Below are positions 1 to 14,179 of a stretch of 64,000 nt of DNA, piece by piece. Each line of letters begins with the position of its first letter. The first letter of the stretch is position 1. The translations under genes and the position numbers were made by a program. The notes below the pieces were generated by a model that saw only the letters and a program-made list of their open reading frames with translations, ran no database searches and was not told where the DNA came from. The DNA is taken from assembly GCF_009914755.1 (NCBI RefSeq), contig NC_060937.1; one strand, 5' to 3'. This DNA comes from the human T2T-CHM13v2.0 reference genome, Homo sapiens.

Positions 1-221
<221 letters not shown>

Positions 222-375
222 TTAATAATTGCATTGTTAAAATGTCAATATTGCCAAAGGTTGATACTTTGGCACTCTTATACTCTGTTGGTGGAAGTGT
301 AAATTGAAACTGAGTTTTCATTTATAAGTCATATAGATAGAGGAATATTACTTTAGTAATTATTGGAGTTAAATA

Positions 376-782
376 TGATAAAAGAAGAACTTCAGCCATA
401 TTAAAGGAGTTTAATTGAGCAATGAACAATTTGAGAATTGGTCAGCCCCCAGAATCATAGCAGATTCACAGAATCTCCAGGGGTGTCTCATGGTCAGAAC
501 AAATTTATAGACAAAAGGTAAAATGACGTACAGGAATCAGAAGTGAGGTACAGAAACAGCGAGATTGGTTACAGTTTGGTGTTTGCCTTATTTGAACACA
601 GTTTGAATACTTAGCAGTCTGTGAGTGGTTGAAGTATGGCCACTGGGATTGGCCAACACTCAGCCATTGTTACAGGTGCATTCTATTGGGTTTTCAATTT
701 TGTCTGACTATTAAGCTAGGTTACAGTTCATCCACAAGGACTCAAATATAGAAGTACAGGCCATATTTAGTTTGCTTGAACA
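376..782 (-). mobile_element. ERV1 solo LTR, MER57-like
   Basis: The reverse complement begins tgttcaagcaaactaaatatggcc...gagtccttgtggatgaactg, matching my recall of the MER57 consensus; it has TG...CA termini. Confidence 0.8.
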
Positions 783-1496
783 AACATCATTCTTACATGT
801 AATTTTTGCTTGTTCTCATAACCATTACATTATCCCTATGTGCTAGTTTGCAGATGGCAAAACAAAAGTAAATTAAACTTTTTCCAAAATGGAGATCGTA
901 AGTTGTGCCTATAAGTTATAGACCTGATCTTAGATAGTTTTGTGGCATTGTAAAAGGTTCACAAACTTTTAAACATCACTGTTTTCATCAGTAAAATTAG
1001 AAAAAAAAAAATCTTGCCATATTTCTCCTTTAAAAATTAAAGATGAGTTAATATACCCAAATTAGTGAAATCTGATTATCTTCTGGGCTAAGTTGTTTAT
1101 TCGTGGTGGATGGCCCTGTAAATTGATCCAAAAGGAGATGGCGGAAATTAATATATCTTTCTAATAATAACTACTGTTATTTTTTGAGAGTTATGTTTCA
1201 GACTTGGTCTTTGGTAATTGGTAAATACTCAATAGCATTTGTTTGACTGATTGTCTTATTGAATGATTACCTCATTTAATTCTCACTCGAGTTAGGCTTT
1301 ATCAATCCAGCTCTGTATAGGAAAGAACTGAGCAGAAGCTAAACACCATGCCCAAGGTGACATGCGTAGAAAATGGCAGAGCTGGATTCACACCAAGATC
1401 CCTCTTTCTCCATGGTTTGTGCTGGTAGCCATGTTCAAACTCAAACACTGGGTTCATGTATTGTTTGCATGTGCACCTTGTGATGTGCATAGGAAC

Positions 1497-2105
1497 TGTG
1501 ATCTGAGATGCTAAAATAGACACCACTTTATCCACTGAGATGGACCCAAAGATTAAGGAGACAAAGTCACCTATGGGTGGAGGGTTCAGGGCCCAGCTGA
1601 CTTGGGTAATTTCTAAATTCCTAGGGCTAAACTCCCTAACCATAGGATCTGTCAGCTCTGATTTCCAACCTAGACCACTGTAACTCTGATTGGACAGAGG
1701 CCGGGCCTTATCCTAACATCCTCTTCTGATAAGCTGTTACAGACCTCAGGTTTCAGCAGCTCACAGAGGCTGTGCACAAACCATCTTTTTGTCCCATAGT
1801 TCACTTTTTGGTGTAAAAAGCCAAATTCCACCTCATTTTAATGCTAAAACCCAAAGTGAATATGGATGTATGTTACACATATGTTTATCCATCACACGTG
1901 TACTCAGCTCACCTCATAAATATGTATAGCTTTCCCCCAAAACCTGTCGAATATGATACAGGCCCTGTGAGACTAAAACCCAACCTGTCCCTTCCCCTCT
2001 TGCAAGAGAGCACCTTTGTTCCATGCTAGAGACTTTCTCTTTCCAGCTTGCAAATAAGGCTTCTCTTTCTACTATTTAGCCATTTTGGTGATATTTTGGA
2101 TGACA
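1497..2105 (+). mobile_element. ERV1 solo LTR, MER39/MER34-group-like
   Basis: TG...CA termini and a perfect 4-bp TSD GAAC (1493-1496, 2106-2109). The 5' sequence (gatggacccaaagattaaggagacaaagtcacctatggg...agggttcagggcc) resembles MER39. Confidence 0.7.
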
Positions 2106-2200
2106 GAACTCAGAACCATCTTTTCCAAACCAAAATATAACATTTGTAATGAATTTGAATGTAATGCAACTTTTGTGCTATCCTTTAAAAATTTAGTGCA

Positions 2201-2548
<348 letters not shown>

Positions 2549-5171
2549 TTAGAAAGTGCAAAAGCCTTGGGGCATTTTCAGATTGTTAAATAAAAGAAAT
2601 CAGAGTTTGAAAATCAAGCAAACCAGGCTTACCTGGAGCCATCTATCACAATAAAAAGGCAGAAGTAAAATTCTTTTAACCATCATTCATATCTATTTAA
2701 ATGATTATTTCATCAGTGAGTGAAATGGCATGAAACAACTTGATTCCTAAGTGATACATTCATATGATTCCGACAGTGTATCAAATTAGAAACCATTATT
2801 TCTGGCATGGTTGAGAATAAGCCAGAACTCATTATAATTTTTGTTTCTTCACTGGTTTTCTAGTGCATATGAGTATGGTTTTCTCTGTGTTGGATGGGTG
2901 ATTCCAATATCATCCCCACCCAACTGGTATCAGTAACCTTCCACAATCCGGGATCCATCCCAGGGGGCCACCACATTTTCTCTGAGCAGAAACCTTACCA
3001 GGCCTTTCTCTGCTAACATTTCAAGCAAAAGACAACTGCGTACACGTTTTATTTGCTTGTTTTTTCCTTTGAGATGTCTCTCCTTATGTTGGAGATGTGT
3101 GTGGAAGAGACACTGAGGACTTTTAATTTTTATATCCACTGAGTAATATGAGGTTCTTACAACGATTTTTAAAATACTAGAATTGCTTCTTTATGTGAAA
3201 ATGTGATTCCTCTGAAGGCTCAGTTCTGCTACAGTCACAAATATAGTTATTTATTTTCCAAAACTCAGTGTAGTAGGATATCAAAGTAGCTTATAATCAA
3301 CCCAACAAATATTCTTTTCGAGACTTCCTGGCTAGAAGGGCTGGAATGTTTTCTTTAGGAGGAGGAGATTCACTCATCCGTGAATCTGTTTCTAGGTAGT
3401 GAAAAATCTGTGCATTTGCATAAATAACCACTAAAGAAATGTAAATGACTAAAGGAGGGTTTCATTATCATAAACGTCTCAGACTACCTGTAGGGCTTGG
3501 AATGCAGGCAGATCTGGTTTCAAGTATCTTCTTACCTTTAAAAGACAATTATCTTCGGCATTTCTGGAGAGAAAAAGAATACTACAATGTTTCTTGGCAA
3601 CGATCCTCACGTATTTAAGTAGCTGGATCCTCAAAATGCGTTTGAACAGCTCTTTGGACTATTTGTATATTAAATATCTACCTGCAAAATCCTCCTGTGT
3701 TTCATTGCGCGTGTGGGAATTAGGTTGTATTGAGAACATTTCCGGAATTACTCTTGCAAAACCAATGATTATAACAGGACTAGGCTAATCAGAAACCTTC
3801 TCTGTGGTGGGGTATGTTTTGCAAGGTACTAGCACACAGGTTTCAATTTGCTCACATCATGAAAAAAGGAAACTCACGTGGATTGAAAAGGAAGAATGTC
3901 GGATCCATGATGGCAGCCCTGACTGATGCAGAACATTAGCCCCAGAATGTTGAAAATGAGAGGGCATTCCCTTTCAGAGCTGTATATACAGGAACAAGGT
4001 GTTTGGCAAACACAGAATTTGCTAAGGGTGAGATTGTGCAGCTGATAAGCATGCTAGGATTTCATCCTTGGGCTCTGCTTCTAGGCCTGCTCAGGTTTCA
4101 AGGGTTGGGGATCTGTGCTTCAGCCCAACTGCTTCAGGAGATTCCTTCATTTTAGAAAAGGCCCTGGAAATCCTCAGCCTAACCACGTGCGTGTATGAGA
4201 AAGCAGAGTACTGTACACTCGCTCTTGTATTTACCTCCTGAGGCAATCGTCCCCCTCTTATCAAATTTCCAAGAATGTTTCTCCCCTCCCATCTCTTCCA
4301 CTGCTTTGCTCAATACTTGAAATGGTTTCCTAAAGCTCAGCTGCTGATTTGATTGCCTTCTCATTTCACCTGCTTCCCTGTTTTCTTCCTCCTCATTTCA
4401 ATCTAAGCAACAGCACCACGACATCTAGGGAAAAAAAATAATAAGTCATTTCCATTCTGGTTAAAGCAAACCTCCACATTGTCCTCATTAAAAAAAGAAG
4501 TTAAAACATAAATTAAAATGCTCAAAAAGTCAGGTATTTTTAAGCCACAAATCACTCAGCTCAGTTTTCCAGCAGAATTCTCATGTAATCACGTTGCTTC
4601 TGGTATTTCACATATATCGGTCAGTCTTGTTTTTTCACTGAGATAGCCAGTGTGGGACAGTTTTAGACGTGTACGTTTTTATCCGAGAAAATGTATTAAG
4701 GTGGATAGTCACAATGGTACTGTCTCATCAATCCTTTATTACATTTTCTATTCTTTAAAACTCTTGAAAATAAGTTTTTCATGTCAATCTGTATTCTTAA
4801 AAGTTATATGAATGCCAACATGGAAAAAAATTATGAAATTATAATTATTTGACCCAGAATAACAATATTAATAGACAATGTTTCTTGGATCTATATAACT
4901 GACATTGTATTAAGCTTTTTAGATATATTATCTCATTAAATTATTCAATAAACTTTATAATATAGGTTTGATTTTTGTCCATAGCTTACAAACAAAAACT
5001 AAGCCCTAAGAATTTAAATAATTTCCTCCAAATCTCACAGCTTTGTGACCTGTGATGATGGAGATAGTCTATTTGATGCCTGTCCATCATTTGATGCTAC
5101 CATATTGTCCAATAGTTGCAGAAGTAAAACAGTAGTAGAAGCAAGGATTATACACCTAGCAAATTGTCCAC

Positions 5172-6023
<852 letters not shown>

Positions 6024-6130
6024 CCAGCCATCTGTGACTCTTTAATATTAGTGTGGGGCAACTTGGGAGAAGATGGGATGATGTCAGGGGGCAGGCATAT
6101 AAAAATAGAAGAGATTATATTATTAGCAAA

Positions 6131-6619
6131 TGTAGCAGAGAAAAAGATTTCTCACCCATTACAAGAATCATAGCTGAGATTCCCGATAACAAAAGAAAGA
6201 TTAAAAGAGAAAAGTGTACAACTTTATGGTTTTAATCACACAGGATTCCTTAAAAATGAAGACCCAAAGGAAAGAGGAGAAGTGTATTTTTATGGACAGT
6301 CTTGCAGAAGTATGATTGGAGGACAAAAGGAGTGTCCTACTGGTAATAAACTTGGGGGAACTTAGCCCTGTTTGTTCAGATTCGTCTGGGTGTCATTGAG
6401 TCTTTGAGAATAAGAACATTCTTTTCCTCTGGGTATAGGGAGGAGGAAAATGACCTACTTCAAGGATAGGTCAGCTAGTTTTATGACCTGCTTCAGGACA
6501 GTAGGGACAAGAGAAGGTCAGAGAATCTTCCAGCTTCTGCAGTTTTCTCAGCTTTCTTCAGCTTAAGATACTCAGTGTGCTAGGGTCCCATACGCAGGTA
6601 GTGTGTCCAGAACCCATCA
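6131..6619 (-). mobile_element. ERV1 solo LTR, MER67/MER31-group-like
   Basis: The reverse complement begins tgatgggttctggacacactacc...ttaagctgaagaaagctgagaaaactgcagaagc; it has TG...CA termini. Confidence 0.65.
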
Positions 6620-6828
6620 CGTACATTACTGAAAAGCTATGTACTAGTCAGTGTGATATAAGTCAGTGGGATTTTTCTCTGATTCTATCTTGGAGTAATT
6701 CAAGGTCTAATTGGAGAGAGAGACATTTCATGAGAAATATACCACAATGGTGTAAGTGCTACAATACAGTCAGTTGAACACAGTATACCCTGGGGTTGGT
6801 TCAGCAACAGCCTTGGACATAAGGCTGG

Positions 6829-7290
6829 ACAATTTATAATTGCAAAAATGTGGAATCAACCCAAATGCCCATCTATCAATGAGTAGATACACAAACTGTG
6901 ATATATACAACCAATGGAACACTACTCAGCCATAAAAAGGAATGAATTAATGGCATTTGCAGCAACTTGGATGAGATTGGAGACTATCATTCTAAGTGAA
7001 GTAACTCAGAAATGAAAAACAGAATATTGTATGTTCTCACTCATAAGTGGGAGCTAAGCTATGAGGATGCAAAGGCATAAGAATGAGACAGTGGACTTTG
7101 GGGACTCAAGGGGAAAGGGCGGGAAGGGGGTGAGGGATAAAAGACTACAAATTGGATGCAGTGTATACTACTTGGGTGATGGATGCAACAAACTCTTGCA
7201 AATCACTAAAGAACCTACTCATGCAACCAAACACCACCTGTTCCCCCATAACCTATGGAAATAATAATTTTTTTTAAAAAAGAGCGAGAG
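6829..7290 (+). mobile_element. 5'-truncated L1 (L1PB-type ORF2 end and 3' UTR)
   Basis: L1 3' motifs (tactcagccataaaaaggaatga; ctatgaggatgcaaaggcataagaatga; accacctgttcccc), an A-rich tail and TSD aaggctgg (6821-6828, 7291-7298). Confidence 0.9.
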
Positions 7291-7439
7291 AAGGCTGGGA
7301 TAACACTTCTCACATTCTCCTGCAGTAGCCAGGCCACCATGCTATACTCTATAAAAAGTGGCTTAAGTCCACCTGGGTAGGTCAGTTTCCTTAGGTGTAT
7401 TTTTATTAGTTATACTTGTTATCTGCACCCTATGTGAGA

Positions 7440-7750
7440 TCAAATACTAGTTCAGCCCCTTAATAGTTGTATGGTTTTGAGCAAAGTATTTAAATCTCTT
7501 TGAGTATCTGAGTCACCAACTAATAAGTATAGTTACTGTGAGGCTTCATTAAATAATGTCTAGATTATGAAGCCTCAAATTACTTTAATCCCTTTGAGCC
7601 TCTCCTAAACTAATAAATGGGGCCAAGTTATTGTGAGGACTCAATTAGATAATATACATAAATTGTGAAAGCCCACTTAGGTAATTTAGGTAAACTGTCT
7701 GATACAATGCCGGACATATCATTGGTACTCAATAAATACCAGCTATTATT
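7440..7750 (+). mobile_element. MIR fragments with an internal duplication
   Basis: MIR core motifs (gcaaagtatttaaatctctttgag, gttattgtgagga...agataatat, gtactcaataaat...agctattatt). Confidence 0.65.
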
Positions 7751-7991
7751 CCTTCAGAGTCCCTACTCCATATCATTATTGCCATTGCTTATTTTGTTTC
7801 GTCAGGAAAAATAATCAAAGACTTGGAAATTAGCAGAGGGGGTTACTGGGTATCCTTTTAATGGAGTAGTGGCTATTGATTTATGCAGTGCTGTTCAGTA
7901 GAACTTTCTGTAATCTCAGAAAGGTACGGTAGCCACTAGCCACAAGTGGCTTTTGAGCATTTGAAATGTGGCTACTGTCACTGAGGAACTG

Positions 7992-8733
7992 ATTTTCTTT
8001 TTTGACAAATTGTTATTTCGTTTGTATTTCATAATTATAAACTTAACTCTGCAATCCAGCTAGGCATGAAAGGGAATAAGGACAACATGGAACCCAAAGG
8101 GAACTGCAGTAAGAGTACGAAGATTCTAGGATACTGCGAGCAAATGGGGTAGAGGGGTGCTCTCTGGAGCTACAGAAAGAATGGTCTGCTGGTTAAGATA
8201 AACCCAAGTCAAACATATTAGAGTAGCCCACAGTCAGCAACAGCGATCTTCTTGCTGGTCTTCCCATTCCCCGCAAAGCGCCCCATGGCCTCCACAATAA
8301 TCATGCGTTCTTTCACCTTGCCGAACCACTCGGTCTTAGCAGTGCAGGTAAAAAACTGGGAACCATTTGTACTGGGTCCAGCATTTGCCCTGGACAAGAT
8401 GCCAGGATCTGTATGCTTCAGGACGAAGTTCTCGTCAACAAACTTCTCCCCATAGACGGACTTGCCACCAGTGCTGTTATGGCATGTGAAGTCATCACCC
8501 CGACACATAAACCCTGGAATAATTCTGTGAAAGCAGGAACTTTTATAACCAAATCCTTTCTCTCCAGTGCTCAGAAGATGAAAGTTTTCTTCTGTCTTTG
8601 GAAACTTCTCTGCAAACAGCTCGAAGGAGACGCTGCCCAAGGGCTCGCCATCGACGGTGATGTCGAAGAACACAGTAGGGTTGACCATGGCTGGCAGTAT
8701 GAGGCGCCCAGTGGTGGCAGTGTCTGCAAAGCC
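7992..8733 (-). pseudogene. Processed pseudogene (retrocopy) of PPIA / cyclophilin A; open frame 8218-8688 (156 aa)
   Basis: The intronless translation [10 protein letters not shown]...[10 protein letters not shown]...NGSQFF...KTSKKI aligns with PPIA. It carries a PPIA-like 5' UTR (tttgcagac...agccATG), the full 3' UTR (ctagctggattgcagagttaagttt) and a poly-A remnant at 7992-8003. There are about 25 substitutions plus in-frame deletions. I cannot assign the PPIAP number. Confidence 0.97.
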
Positions 8734-8770
8734 TAAAGTTTTAATTTTATTTGATTTTAATTAATTTAAC

Positions 8771-9072
8771 TTTATTTTATTTTACTTTTTTTGAGAGAGT
8801 CTCACTCTGTCGCCCAGGCTGGAGTGCAGTGGCATGATCTCGGCTCACTGCAACCTCTGCCTCCCAGGTTCAACAATTCTTCTGCCTCAGCCTCCTGAGT
8901 AGCTGGGATTACAGGCACATGCCACCATAACCGGCTAATTTTGCTTATTTTTAGTAGAGACAGGGTTTCACTATGTTGGCCAGGCTGGTCCCAAACTCCT
9001 GACCTCAGGTAATCCACCCGCCTCAGCCTTCCAAAGTATTGGGATTACAGGCGTGAGCCACCGTGCACAGCC
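8771..9072 (-). mobile_element. AluSx-like, inserted in MER3
   Basis: Antisense Alu with a (TTTTA)n tail and TSD taattaatt(t/g)aa on both sides. Confidence 0.95.
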
Positions 9073-9546
9073 TAATTAATTGAAATAGCCATATGTAACT
9101 AGTGGCTATAGTATTAAACAGTGTAGGTCTAGCTAACTCTCTGGGCACTGATTTTATAGGACTGTGAACATTTCCTTGCCTTTCTATGGACTAGGCCATT
9201 TTAAAAGTCTTCAGAGGTGGAAGTTAAGATATTAGTGCCAATGATTCTTGTTGGTAGCAAAGCAAGTGAACTTTGTTCAGTAGAAATGTAGCTGATTCCT
9301 ACCTTATAGATAAAATGATCCAAATACTGCATTTCATTTCCCTATTGTACATTAATTCATCTTGTGTCTATTGGTAAATTTATGTTGGCATTACTGGTTG
9401 CCTACATATATATTCTTTAAGTTCTTTTTGAACTGGCTTTAACATCTTACTGCTTCCCTCCTATATTATTGAGTTAAATAAAATCCTTACTGTGTTCATT
9501 TTATGCTTACACGAAAGTGATGATTTTACCTTGAAAAATCAAGTAG

Positions 9547-9874
<328 letters not shown>

Positions 9875-11135
9875 TCAAATAGTATCACACTCTTATTTTC
9901 TAATAATACTTTCGTTTTGGAACAGTTAAGTGGGGCAATGGGAAAGTTTTTCAATGCAACTTGTGTTTCTGTTTCTGGTTATATTACTGTATCTACTTTT
10001 CACTTGGGTGTAGGGGTTGTGGGAAATTACATAATGTGTTTATTAAAGGGTTGAGGGTTAGTCCTGGGAAATAAAATACAATAAGAAATAAATGATATGC
10101 CTGGTGCATGAGTTGGCCATTTTTTTCCCCTCTAGAAACCTGTCTTCATGGGTTAGAGATTGCAGAGCTTTAACTACAATGTCACTGCTCATTTTGTTGG
10201 CTTATATTTCATTGCCATAAGAATAGAGCAACTTGTGTCTTGGGTTTACTCACAATATCAGGTGAAATGTGAGAGCATTATTAGATAGCATGGCATGGCA
10301 CACAGAAACACAGGAAATACTGGTTCATGATGACAGGAGGAGATAAAATGCTTATCACAAGGTCCAGTTTATTCTTGTTTGGCCTTCTGTTTCCAGGCAA
10401 GTTGTACAAATAAATATACAGTTTCATTTAATGAAGAAAATTATTCAAGAATTGAAACCAGAAACATTTCCGCAGATCAAGAAAAACTAGAGTTGAATTA
10501 TGTCATGAGCATCCTGAAAGCAGAGGGAAAGTTTGAGAAATGGCAAAAGCTTTTAAAATAACTGACATAACACATACACAGCCCACATTTTATATATCCG
10601 ACCAGACAAAATGAACCATAACCCTTATCAGCCTCTGCCTAGAATCATTTTGTGGGCAAGAAATAGGAACTGTCTGTGAGCAGTCAAGTAGTGTTTAAGG
10701 TGAAGATTGTCATGGTTTTATGTTTGCCACATTACCATACCACTGATACTTTTCAAAATGTGCCCCAATAGCTTGTGAATAGAAATAGGTGTACTTCATT
10801 CACGGGTAGTTAAAATCAGCTTTCAAACACAGCTAGAGCAAAGTTACACTAGAATTTTCCACCACCTGCCAGCAGGGCAAATGGAACACCCAGCTGTAGC
10901 AGAGATTAAACTAAAGCAGAGAGTTTTGAGCATGTACAAAGGAAGGGGGCAAGAAAAAGAAAGAGGGATGTGAGTGCAATAGGTATGACATAATAACACA
11001 AGAGAATCATGTTACAGGAAAGGAAAAGTGTCCACAAAAGAACGCTGAGTGTGAAAGCAGATCACAAGTTTATCGACACTTTATAGGTACTACGGCCACT
11101 GATATATTTCTATGGATTAAGAATGAGAAGAAAGT

Positions 11136-11491
<356 letters not shown>

Positions 11492-12799
11492 TTAAAAAGT
11501 ATCCTTTAAATTTCTTTTTAACATTATTTGTGTTAAAAAAAATAAAGTGAAAAATGTGAAAAAAACAAGAGAGACAATGACAGGGGGACGCTGAAAGAAT
11601 GAGGAAGCCAGAGTGAAAAGAAGAAAGCTTAAATTAGAAACAAAAGTGAGAGAATTAAACAGAAAGGGGGGCCCGGAGTCCCTGGAGCCGCTGCCCTTTG
11701 AAGCCTGTAGCCACCAGGGCACGTTTGCTGTGACTGTCCAGTGGCGTTTCCTTCTCTCTGCTTACGTTCCTGCCGTACCAGGACGGGTCTGGCAATTTTT
11801 CTGTCTTTTGTTTTCTCCCTCCTGGCAGAATGACACAAAATCCTTTCGCTTCATGCGGTGAAAGGGAGTAAGTGTTCCTTAGGTAACCTTCATGTTAGTA
11901 AATTAAATTATCTGAGCAGACGCATGCAGAAACGTACCCTGCTGGCCTGCTGTGAACAGGCAGTCATCAAAGATGATGAGGAAGCCGGGAGGAGCTGCAA
12001 AGGCAAGGGCTTGCGTTCTTTTATATTGAAGAAGCTTCAGCAAAACTGTAACTCTGCGTGGGAGAGCAAAGATCTCCCTTGTGAAGTTTCTAAACACAAC
12101 CAGAAAAAAATCTTAGACTAACGTTAAGTCAAAGGAGGTGTTTATTGCATTTTTAATTTAGGAGGCTCCAAGCAGACAGATCCGTTAATGCGGAGGTGAT
12201 AGTATTTTACCTCCTCCATTCCCAACACTTGGCACAACTACAAATCATTGACGTGACAATTCTAATATTTAGAATTCTTAAACACAGCTCTTATTTTTAT
12301 TTGGATTGCATCTTGGCAGAGCTAATCCTTAACGTTTTATGGTCATTTAGGGCAGCAGTCTAAACTCTTATCTGTGCAACCCTTGCAGTTTTCATGAAAG
12401 ATAATGCCTCGGAAGTTGTAGATGCTCAATTAGGAAACCATGTCGTAGGAAGATGTCTTTGGGACCAGAAAAAGTTAAGATTTCAGCTCAGCTTCCTAGC
12501 AGTTTATGACCTTGGATAAGTCACCTAACCTCTCTAATACTTGGTTTCTTTCTATAAATAGGAGAATGTGCCTCCCTTACAGTGATGTGATGAGGATTTA
12601 GTGGTATGACCCACCAAGCAGGGTGTCCAACACACAGCAACAATTTCATAGTTCGGCGTTGTTTTGGTGAGGGCATTGAGCTGGGCTTTTCCTTAACGCT
12701 CTGTAGTCCAGGTTTTCACGGTCTTGTATCAGACACTTATATCTATAATCGTGTATCAATGAATAGAATATGACTAGGCACTATTAAAAGTAATATGAA

Positions 12800-13100
12800 G
12801 GCTAGGCAGATTGGCTTACGCCTGTAATCCTAGCACTTTGGGAGGCCAAGGCGGGCGGATCATAAGGTCAGAAGTTCGAGATCAGCCTGGCCAACATGGT
12901 GAAACACTGTCTCTACTAAAAATACAAAAAAATTAGCCAGGCGTGGTGACACGCACCTGTCACCCCAGCTACTCAGGAGGGTGAGGCAGGAGAATCAGGA
13001 GAATCTCTTGAACCCAGGAAGCAGAGGTTGCAGTGAGCTGAGATCGTGCCACTGCACTCCAGCCTAGGCGACAGAGCCAGACTCCATCTCCAAAAAAAAA
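12800..13100 (+). mobile_element. AluS
   Basis: Full Alu with TSD aaaagtaata(t/c)gaa and a 9-bp internal duplication caggagaat at 12987-13004. Confidence 0.95.
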
Positions 13101-13369
13101 GTAATACGAATTCCTTTTTCGCCTATAATAGAATAAAGAAAATAATATTTAATAAGAATATTGATAACCTAAATGTAAAAGGGAGTAAATTTTATTTAAA
13201 AAGTTTAACATTAATAGAACTTGGGATAATAAATTAACATAAATCTTCCCATTAATCCTCATATTAAGTCATTTTGCCAAAGAAAACACTGAGTTAATCA
13301 GATGGATTATCCAACATGACACACCAGTGGGAAAGTGGAGGAACTCTAGAGTTAGAACTTCAATTTTCT

Positions 13370-13512
13370 TTTGTGTGTGTGTGTGTGTATTTTTAGTAAA
13401 GACGGGGTTTCACCGTGTTAGCCAGGATGGTCTCGATCTCCTGACCTCGTGATCCTCCCACCTCAGTCTCCCAAAGTGCTGGGATTACAGGCATGAGCCA
13501 CCATGCCCGGCC
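13370..13512 (-). mobile_element. Left-arm-only AluY/Sc with (TG)n in the linker
   Basis: Antisense left monomer with Y/Sc diagnostics, flanked by a 16-bp direct repeat agaacttcaattttct. Confidence 0.9.
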
Positions 13513-13530
13513 AAGAACTTCAATTTTCTA

Positions 13531-13838
<308 letters not shown>

Positions 13839-14179
13839 CTTCAATTTTCAGAGTGTTGGTAGATCCCAAGATTTCACAAATAAGAGACTTTCTGGAATTG
13901 TACAGGAAAGAGACATTACATGTATACATTAGCAATGCACAATCAAATACTTGGAGAAATAATATTGTTTTATGAAAACTCATTTATGCAGTATACACAC
14001 AGTTAATTAGAGCACTCTTCAATATTAAGAAAGAGGTATTGGCAAGAGGCAGGAGAAAGGATCAGTGGATATTGGAAACAGAAGAGAGTGACCAGAAGGC
14101 TAACTTTAGCAGTGAGCCTTTAGCAATGGACCAGGATACCAGGTGAGACGGGTAATAAAGGGACTGTGTGCGGAGATGT

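Larger units (their letters stand above)
7886..9126. mobile_element. MER3 (hAT-Charlie), split into three pieces: 7886-7992, 8734-8770 and 9073-9126
   Basis: cagtgctgttcagtagaactttctg...gtagccactagccac...ctgaggaactga, then ttttaattttatttgattttaattaatt, then aaatagccatatgtaactagtggcta...acagtgtag. Joined, the pieces rebuild the MER3 consensus. Confidence 0.85.

Noticed and set aside
8252-8736. Plus-strand ORFs over the PPIA copy
   Set aside because: They are antisense shadow frames of the retrocopy.
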